From NCBI GenBank assembly GCA_049724395.1, contig JAUGWO010000023.1:248001-312000 (forward strand): 64,000 nucleotides of DNA, given 5' to 3'. Positions 54,871-64,000 of this stretch are shown piece after piece; within the stretch, counting starts at the first letter, position 1, and each line of letters begins with the position of its first letter. The translations under genes were made by a program, and so were the position numbers. The DNA is from Spongospora subterranea f. sp. subterranea. Taxonomy: Eukaryota. A model generated the notes under the pieces. The model was not told the DNA's origin. It saw only the letters and a program-made list of their open reading frames with translations, and ran no database searches.

Positions 54871-57447
54871 CTAGTTGGAAGACTTGTTTGATGATGATCC
54901 TGATGAAAGTACCGAGAGGAAGGCTTCTTGAGGCACTTCTATTGTGCCTATCGACTTCATTCGCTTCTTCCCTTTGTTCTGTTTTTGAAGAAGCTTCATT
55001 TTGCGGGACCTAACCGATATGAATGGGCCATTACAAAAAATAAATATGCGATGAGTACTTGTCGCCTCCGCCGACAGTTTTTCCAGACTTGGTCAGGACA
55101 TCTTTTCGGAAAGGAGGTATCCTCTCTCTGGCTACCATTTTGCTACCAATAGCCGCCTGATACAATTTGAGACAACTATTGCAGCCTAGCAAAATTTACG
55201 TACTTGAATGATAACCTCAAACGATTGACGTTGAATATTCTCTTTCAATCGCAAAGCAATTCCTGCAATTGATGTGGAGTTTCTCGGTGAAGTTCATGCA
55301 TCTTTGCGAAGTACCTTTCCCTATCGCGTGACTGTTCTCGCGTACACATATAGTAGACAGCGCATCAACAGGTTTTCCGTTGAGCAGGATATCCAAAAGA
55401 ATCAGATCGGCTTCTTCCATGCCAGCTTCCTCATAATCAAAGCTAGCATATCCTGCAGAGAGGGACTTGATTTGAGAGTAGAAGTCTTGAACGATTTCTG
55501 TCATAGGAAGCTTGTACTTCATTAATACAGAAGAATCGTCCAGGAAGGAAACTGATTGATGAATTCCTCGCCGAGCCTTGCACAGCTCTTGTAACCGGCC
55601 TGGAATACATATAAAAATCATTCCACCGTAGTCCAATATCATATTACCCATATAGTGCTCTGGGCAGATAATAGTAGCTAAAATGTACGGCTCTAAAAAC
55701 TTTTCGATTGTGCTTGGGTTAGGAAACTGGGCTGGTGATGACACAGAAATGTGATTTCCTGAGCCTTTTGCAACCGCGACACATTGCACGGTTGGCGCAG
55801 TCACAATTGTTGGAATTCCAAACTCGTCATGAATGCGGTCCTTCAACACCTCCAAATGAAGAACACCTAGTAAGCCGCAACGAAATCCGCTCCCTAGAGC
55901 GACTGACAAATCACGCTGCACATGCAAGCTGATGTCATTCATGGTCAATTTATCGAATGCATCTTGAAGCCCTTCTAAATCGTCTGAATCGACGGGAAAC
56001 ACAGACGCCCACACCATAGGTTTTGGCGCCGAGAAACCTGAATTACCTTAGCTGATAAGGAACATGTGACAGTGATACACTGACCAGGAAGTGGAACTTT
56101 ACCCACAAAAAGGCTTCCTGGTGCATCTCCGTTCGCTAATGCTAAATGTCGAACCGCATCGTCAACGGTAAATATAGTATCCCCAAGACGCAAATGTTGA
56201 AGCGTTTTGACTCCGGCAACAACGAACCCAACTTGTCCAGCACGTAAGCTTTTGGTTGAAACACGCGATGGGGTAACTATTCCAACGTCTTGAACAACGT
56301 ACGACGACCGCGAATGGAAAACTCCAATGCGGTCGCCAACCGAAAGGGTGCCATGATCGACTTTGACGAGACATATCGCTCCTCGGTAGCTGTCAAACCA
56401 GGCGTCAACAATCAAAGCTCGGGTCCCTGTGGCAACAGGTACAGTCGGCGTGGGCGGACGAACCCGCGAAATAATGGCATCCAAAATTTTGTCGATACCC
56501 ATTCCAGTCTTCGCTGATGTCAACAATACTAGAAATAAATGGTAAGGACTGTGTTCTGTACAAGCCCTGTCCCCAATTCACCTGTATCAGGATCAATATC
56601 GAACGCATTTAGCAATTGCTCGGCAACGCGGTTTGGTTGGGAAGCAGGCAAATCACATTTTGTTAATACTGGAACAATATCAAGACCGGCCGATCGTGCC
56701 ATTGACAGCACGGCAATGGTTTGGGCTTGAAGTCCCTGTGATGAATCTACCGCTAACACCGCTCCTTCACATGCCATGACTGACCGAAGAACTTCGTTTG
56801 AAAAATCAACGTGACCAGGCTTGCAAATCGATATTGAATAATGTAGAAAAAAACGAATAGATAAAAACTCTTACCGTGTCAATTAATTGCAGAAGAGAGC
56901 CATTGTGCGCCATTGAAGCATGCTGAGCCTTTACTGTAATTCCACGATTTCGTTCTACTTGCAGCGTATCTAAAACCTAGTGATGAAATATAAAATTAGG
57001 ATTTTAGAGACCATGATGCATGTCGGTTTCCAACTTGGCAATGAACCTCGCGACCTGCAGCGATGCGTGGAATATTGCCCTAAAAGTCTATAAGGTCAGT
57101 AGCGGGAAATACATTGAGACCCACTCGACATACGGCAGCCTCAAGCAGCCTAGCAGGAATATAAGTCTTCAGTAAGTAAAAGGAAATTGAACTGGCAATT
57201 TACCTGTCGGCTAAAGTCGATTTACCATGATCAACGTGTGCGACAATGCAAAAATTGCGGATAATATTTGAATCGAGATTCGGGTCTGAAAATCCAAGTT
57301 GAAGCCAGATACAAGCCATGTTCTGGTAAAGGTACTTGTTGCCATGGCGGTTACGGCACTGAGATTGGCCCGATCCACACTTGAAGCGGCTTCAGCTGAT
57401 AGATGCCTTCGAAATTCGCATGATACTCTTCGCCAAACAAACAGCAT
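54871..57447 (-). CDS. GUF1: Mitochondrial translation factor GUF1 (LepA/EF-4), multi-exon
   Basis: [66 protein letters not shown]. Confidence 0.95.
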
Positions 57448-57626
57448 CTCCGCAAATATCTCAAAGAGGATTTTTACGAGCTAAACCGCGACCTAGGGCG
57501 ACCCTATTCGCTGAAAGCAAAGGTAAAAGTGGAGAGCGTTGTGGAGAATGTTTAGGATGATCACTCTACCCGCATCGAGTTGTGTATCCTGACGCAGTTT
57601 CACCCGTCAGCGAATGACATGCTCTG

Positions 57627-57683
57627 GCGTTACTACCGTGGACCTGCGTTACTACCGTGGACCTGCGTTACTACCGTGGACCT
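57627..57683. repeat. 19-bp perfect tandem repeat x3 (gcgttactaccgtggacct)
   Basis: Direct reading; lies in the divergent GUF1/AAA intergenic region. Confidence 0.95.
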
Positions 57684-57708
57684 AGTGCTACATTGTCAGT
57701 TGAGGTTA

Positions 57709-59632
57709 ATGCGGTCAGGAGATGTCCTCATTCGTGACGGATCGTCGATATCAGTCGTGACGCTATACGACCATGAGCCACCCCCTGCTGTTGGGGATGG
57801 TGATCGCGTCGTGGATGGATCACGGCTTGGTCTGGTCAGGAAGCTGACGGTCGAGGCGATCGAGCCCTCACTTGCGAACATCATCTCGGATATTGATTCA
57901 CAGACGTTGGCTTGTTTACTGGCTGGCAATGTCGTGGTTCCTGGGTGCATTTTGCACATAGGATGGAATGGGGATCAACCAGGATCTCTTCGAATTTTGT
58001 GCGTTGACGGTTCCGAAGACGCATCGTCACAACCACTTCGAATAGCGGCTGAGTCTTTGATTTCTGTTTCATGTTCAAAAAGCGGGAAGCCCCTGCCATT
58101 TCAGCTGAAAAATAAGGCTTTGTGGGCACAATCTGTGTGTATGAGTCTCCCTGGACACGACCTGGCTGTTGATCACTTTGTACAACTTGTTTGGTCGTCT
58201 TGGTCAGATTCAAGGTCGTGTGGAATTTTGATTGAGGGAGGTGTTATGGGCTCTGGGTCTACCGCATTATCGCTCAAGCTGGTTCGAGAATCGGGCATTC
58301 CTTATCAGATTGTTTCAGTTTCTGAACTCTTCAGTGCCAAGCGTGGTCAAGGAGAAGCTTTATTGAAACAGGCTTTACAGCGGACAGTCAGAATGTCCCC
58401 TGCATTTCTTGTTTTAGAGAATGTTGGGTCTTTATTGAACTCAGCACAAGGACAAAGATTAACTTTGACCTTAATCAAAGCTCTTGACAAATTGCAGCTT
58501 GGTAAAGAGGTTGTGTTTGTTGTTGTTCCCATAGGAGGACTTGCCACTTTGGTTCCCCCTTCACTTCGGCGAAGCCTTCGCTTGGATCTCGTGGTCCGAC
58601 TTGCTAGTCCTGACCAAGAGATGCGAAAGCAAATGATCTCATCCATAGTTGGCACTGCGCTTCCTGAATTCATCCTAAATCGGGTATCCCGCGCTTCATT
58701 TGGCTATCTTCCTTGCGATTTACAACGTCTATGTTCCGAAGCGACAATCAATGCCGCTAATCGAGGGTCAACGACCGTCGAAACTCTCGATTGGGAGCAT
58801 AGCCTTGCAAGCATGCGCCCAACATCTCTGCACAATCGCATTGTGCCAGCTCCACTACGACCGCTTGTAGATATGGCAGGCTTAGATGGCCCAATCTCTC
58901 AGTTACGGCTAGCCGTACTTTCGCCACTTTTCAATCCTTTGCCATACAAAACTCTAGGGATCTCCCCGCCGAAAGGGGTGCTTTTATATGGACCGCCAGG
59001 CGTTGGAAAGACAACATTAGCGCTGGGTATTGCCAGTGAAGCAAATGGTGGGCCCTTGTTCTCACGCCTTTGATTGATCTGACGTTGGGTACGTAGCAAC
59101 TATTTTAGAGGCCCGTGGGTGTGACCTCATTTCGGCAGTTGTTGGTGAATCAGAGCAGGCGATTCGGAAACTGTTTGCCCAGGCACGAAGCTGTTCTCCT
59201 ACCATTATCGTGATTGATCAAATCGAGACATTAGCCCCCCGGCGAGGCGAAGTGGGGAGCCAGACACATGATCGGATTCTCAGCTGTCTTTTGACGGAAA
59301 TGGACGGGATTTCATCTGGCAGTTCAGTGGTCATGATAATCGCAACAACCTCGATGCGCCATTATCTGGACGACGCAATTCTACGCCCTGGACGTTTAGA
59401 TTATCAGATTCATGTAACAACCCCTAATGCTGACGGCCGCCTTGCTATTCTGCGAAGCTATTGTCAGGCCTTGCCGTTGTCCGACGACGTTGATCTTGAA
59501 GACATTGCTAACAATCACACGAATGGTTTTACAGGTGCAGATATTCAAGGGTTATGTTCTGAAGCTGCAATGAGATCTCTTCACCGTGATATCAATGCAG
59601 CGAATATAACAAAACAAGATTTTGGTTTCTGA
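57709..59632 (+). CDS. CDC48/AFG2-family double AAA+ ATPase (first domain degenerate)
   Basis: PPKGVLLYGPPGVGKT, IDQIETLAPRR, LLTEMDG, LDDAILRPGRLD, GFTGADI; the first Walker A is degenerate (GGVMGSGST). Confidence 0.88.
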
Positions 59633-60123
59633 ACAGCCATTAGGCGCTGTTAAGAGAATGATTTCTAGCCGCTGCTGTTACCGGCATTCTCGAAAATTGC
59701 TTCTGTACAGTACTTAGCGTGTGGTATGAGCTGCAGTCCACAAGTAAAGTGGAGCTTCATTGTGCATTCAAAAACGTGTGTACTTCACATAAGTATATAT
59801 ATATAAAGTTTAAAGATCCTGGATATGTGTATCAGGTACCGGACAATGATCTGTTTTCTCGCAGCCGTTTTCCAGAACTTCTGACTGGTGCTGTATTCTT
59901 CGCGACTCTTTCCGTATTTCCTGCGCGACTGTGGTGTTGATATTTGCGTGACTCTGTGGTAGGTAAAGCCTTTGGTTGCTTGGCTTTCTGCTGGCACAAA
60001 TATCGCGCAAGATTTTCAAAGTCAAAAAGATTTCCGTTCATAAGTTTAGGCTCGCGATATCCGTGATCGGAGGGCGCTTGTGGTTGCCATTGGAAGGCAG
60101 GCGTCGCCATCGGCTAGCCCACC

Positions 60124-61345
60124 ATGGCCATCTCACATCGACTTGCAGTAGCGCTGGACGACCTTTCGTCTCGCTTCTTCCTCAACCTACCCGAAGAAGA
60201 GCTCGGCTCCTTCGATCGTCTATTCTTTTCAATTAGAACAGGCGTGGTGGTTTTATGAGGATTTTTACAGAGAGCAGAATCCAAATTCACTGCCAAAGTT
60301 TTCGTTTCGAGACTTTTGCTTTTGCCTATTTGAGCAATCATCTGCTCTAAGGCCTCACATTCCAAACTTTGAGCTATATTTCAAGCAATTTCGTGAATAT
60401 CTCTGCAAAGTTCCTGTTTGTGGAGCCGCAATGCTAGATGAATCGATGACGGCTTGCGTTTTGGTCAAAGGGTGGACCGGCAAATCATGGGGATTTCCCA
60501 AAGGGAAAATCAATCAGGGCGAGCCCAGTATCGATTGCGCCGTCCGCGAGGTCCTCGAAGAGACAGGAGTCAGTATCGCGTCGCTTGTCTCCGATCGTCA
60601 CGTTATTCAGGCCGTTGCCAACGGCAAATCTACCCATTTGTACATTGCGCCGAATGTTCCTATCACGACCGAGTTTTCGACGCAGACAAGAAAGGAAATA
60701 TCTGATATCAGATGGTTTACGATCGATTCCATCCTTGAAACCGACGACAGCCGTTTTTGGAACGTCTCTCCTTTTATTCACAAACTAAGGACGTGGATCA
60801 GTCGCCATCGACATTTGGCCAGGACGCCAATACACGAGTGCTTGTCCTCAGCAGGCGAATTTCACAGGAAGGGTATTCCCGCCGACAAGATCAAGAAAAA
60901 GAAACGACCTACAGCCGCGCAACCCATTTTACAACGCAGATCGCGCTGCCATGCGTCCAAGGATGATTATCTTTCCGATTCACTCACGTTCGGGACAGAT
61001 CGTTCATCATGGACACCAGAAGAAATGTTTGCCGAAAACGCACGCTTGTTTGGCGTTCGGACAACGCAATGTACTGACCCAAACGAGCTTACAACCAGCA
61101 TGGCCATGCAAGGAACGATGGCGGGGTCTGTCCAATGGAAGCATGCGACTGCAACTCTCGACAGCGCCGCTGCCACATCCTCGACCTCAAAGTCGTCAAT
61201 CATCCCATCACCTTCACCAGCCCTGACTCCGGCGCCTTTACCCCCTGACGGATCTCGCTCCAATGGTTCGCGGAACCAGCAAAATGCTCTTTTGAACTTT
61301 GATCTCGACGATGCCATGATCATGTCACACTTTTTCCAAGCGTGA
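60124..61345 (+). CDS. DCP2: mRNA-decapping enzyme Dcp2
   Basis: LDDLSSRFFLNLPEEEL, QLEQAWWFYEDF, VPVCGA, Nudix box WGFPKGKINQGE...CAVREVLEETG; 1-nt frameshift near 60225. Confidence 0.95.
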
Positions 61346-61761
61346 TTTGTTTCTTAGCCACGAGCTGATATACGATATTATTTTTTTAATCAAACAACTC
61401 CCCCTGCGTTTTTTTATTCGCAGAGCAAGCAAGTTCCACCAACAAGTCACCGCCGCAGCGACCATAGCCGGAGCAATTCTCGTCATCACGTTGTTTTATC
61501 CCCATAGCTTGATCCATTCAGGATCCGGTTTGACGTTAATATATCTAATCCAGACAGAGTCTCGTGTGTGTGTTTTTTATTGACTTGATGTAGAACCTCA
61601 TTTGTTGCTCGGTCTTGCTGTTGATTCAACAGATTCCATCACAATCTCCCTCGACCCACCCTTTCCGCCTTTTACATTTGGTCACAGACAGTGTCGCCGC
61701 CGCCCAAACATAGTGTAGTTGGCGCCAGCAATACGGGGGTGTGGGCCAGCGATCTGGCGAC

Positions 61762-64000
61762 ATGCAGCTGCGCTATCTGAAGAGCCTTCGTGACGCGAGC
61801 GAGGGATCAGCCGAAGGCGACCTACCCGTTCGGGTGTCGTGTCTGGCCTGGTCCCCAAATGGGATGCGATTGGCGGCCGGCCATGTCCGATCGCCAGGTC
61901 CTATTGTTTGACGATAGCGGCATGCAGCGAGACCGCTTCTCCCTCAAACCTGGCAATAAGGTCCTGCAGAGACCAGCTTCACATATCGCTCGCTGTTCAC
62001 AGCACATTGTTAGGACGGCGCCCGGGATTTCGTAATTCGCGGGATGGAATTTTCGCCGGATTCAGCGAAACTGGCAATTGCCCAAAGCGACAATTGCCTG
62101 CTGGTATACAATCTTGGCGATCGCTGGGACGATCGTAAAACGGTCTGCAATAAGTTCGCGAGTAAAAGTCCAGTGACCTGCGCGTGCTGGCCCGGTCAAC
62201 GGCCCGACGAGATCGTGTTCGGCACCGCTGAAGGGAAGGTCAAGGTCGGTATCCTGCACAATAACAAGACGGCCAACCTGTTCGACGCGGACAGCTTTGT
62301 GACCAGCGTGGCGTCGGGCCCCGACGGGCACAGCATCGTCAGCGGCCATCAGGATGGCGCCATCCACCGCTATTCCTTCCCCGATGGGGCCAGTCGCCCC
62401 GCCTCCAAAGCCCTCGTCGTCCGATTATTCGTACGTGCCGTATTGTCTGGCCTGGGGGATCCATATCGTGGCCGCCGGCAACACGAGCGCCGTCCAGTTC
62501 ATGACGGCCCAGGGCGACGTCGTGCATCGGGTGAAATTCGACCCGGGCGATGAGGTTCGCGAATTCACGTGCGCCGCGTTCACGCCGAGCGGTAAAGCCG
62601 TCGTCATGGGCAACTATAACCGATTCTTCTCGTTCTCGTATAACGAACCGTCCGCCCGGTGGGAGCGGAAACCGTCGCCCAAGATCGACAATCTGTATTC
62701 GATCACGTGTTTGCGATGGAAAGGGGACGGATCCCGTTTGGTGACCGGATCCATGGCCGGGGCTCTTGACGTATTCGACTCGTGTCTTCGACGATATATC
62801 TACAGGAACACGTTCGAGATCACGTTCACTGGTCTCAGCTCGGTCATCGTCCGGAATCTGACGGATCCCGCTCAGTCCCTTGCGTCGATCGCGTCCAAAT
62901 CCGGCAAAGAGCTGGTCAATATCGAGATTGTCCAAGGACGGTGGGTCTTCTAGGGTTCTCCCTCGATCATCCAATCCCTGATATAGTGTGTGTGTATTGG
63001 ATCAGGTTCGTGACGGCCCGCACCACCGATACGATCGTGATCTCGGATATGGCGAGCGGTAAGACGAGCGAGATCAGGGGGCTGGCGTCGGCCAGCGATA
63101 CCCCTCGATTCGCCTTCACAACCCCCGATATCGCCATTGTATATGTGGCCGGCGAGCTGTCCATCGTAAGAAACACACACAAAAAACCGTTCCTCTCTGC
63201 CCGGTCTCGACACCTTTTCCACCGTTTTTTCGTGTTCCCGCGATTGTGACGGTGATTGGTTCCGGTTCAGATTGTGTTAGGGAGCGATGACGTCCTGGGA
63301 TCGTGCCGTACCGAGCACATGTCGACCGCCCTGGTCAGCTTGCGAATGGCCGAGGGGCGCGGGCGGCACGCGGCTCCCGTTCGCCGCATCGCCTACCTGC
63401 TCGACCTTCAGACGATCGTGGTCCTGGACCTGGACCGGTTCACGACCATCACCAGCGTCAACCACGATTGCGATATCGACTGGCTCGAGCTGAATCCTGG
63501 CGCTACCATCCTCCTGTTCAGGGACGTTCGCCGCATTCTCCATCTGTACCATATCGAGCAGCAATCGCGCCGAACGATGACCTCGTTCTGTAATTACGCT
63601 CAATGGGTTCCCGGTGCCGACGTCATCGTCGTCCAGAACCGATCGAACCTGCTGGTTTGGTATAATGTCGACCATCCGGATCAGATGACGACCTTCCCGA
63701 TCAAGGGCGATGTGACACAGATCGAGCGCGGGAACGGCCAGACCCGCGTCCTGGTCAACGAGGGCGGATCATCGCCCAAGGCCTATCCGCTCGACGAGGC
63801 GCTGATCTCGTTCACGGGCGCCATCGACAGCGGTCAGTACGAGCAGGTCGTGACGGCGTTGGAGCGATTGGAGGAGGAATCCCCCGATAGCGAGGCGATG
63901 TGGTCGCGGCTGAGCACGTTGGCGTTGGCCGATGGGAACCTGATCGTGGCCGAGAGGTGTTTCGTGGCGCTGGGCGATATGTCCAAAGCCAATTACCTTC
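61762..64000 (+). CDS. IFT172: Intraflagellar transport protein 172, runs off the window
   Basis: MQLRYLKSL, RDRFSLKP, FSPDSAKLAIAQSDN, WDDRKTVCNKF, NLYSITCLRWKGDGSRL, IAYLLDLQTI, QWVPGADVIVVQNRSNL, AERCFVALGD. Confidence 0.95.

Overview
Gene-dense eukaryotic DNA with short GT-AG introns (many about 40-60 nt). IFT172 indicates a flagellated protist; the style is compatible with a plasmodiophorid/phytomyxid, but this cannot be shown from the window. Host genes include a folate-biopterin transporter, choline dehydrogenase, ALKBH6, prephenate dehydratase plus TyrA (probably one fused gene), a permuted NlpC/P60 protein, PEBP, an EF-hand protein, INTS9, a DOMON protein, KICS2, TRAP1, a kinase with a phosphatase-like tail, a BET bromodomain protein, GUF1, a CDC48-like AAA ATPase, DCP2 and IFT172. 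Between them lie islands of transposon debris (Harbinger, pogo, IS630/Tc1-like, an unknown zinc-finger element). The most striking pattern is that most of these relics are folded back on themselves. There are six short-loop inverted duplications (5036-5756, 8018-8516, 10685-10996, 11729-12897, 19038-19256, 32088-33360) from several unrelated sequence families and of different ages (about 80-98% arm identity by eye), plus a pre-miRNA-like hairpin (35263-35381). None lies in a housekeeping gene. I infer a candidate hairpin-RNA 'transposon-killer' archive; expression is not shown. Several conserved genes carry single-base frameshifts that look like assembly errors, and the limits of spliced genes are approximate.
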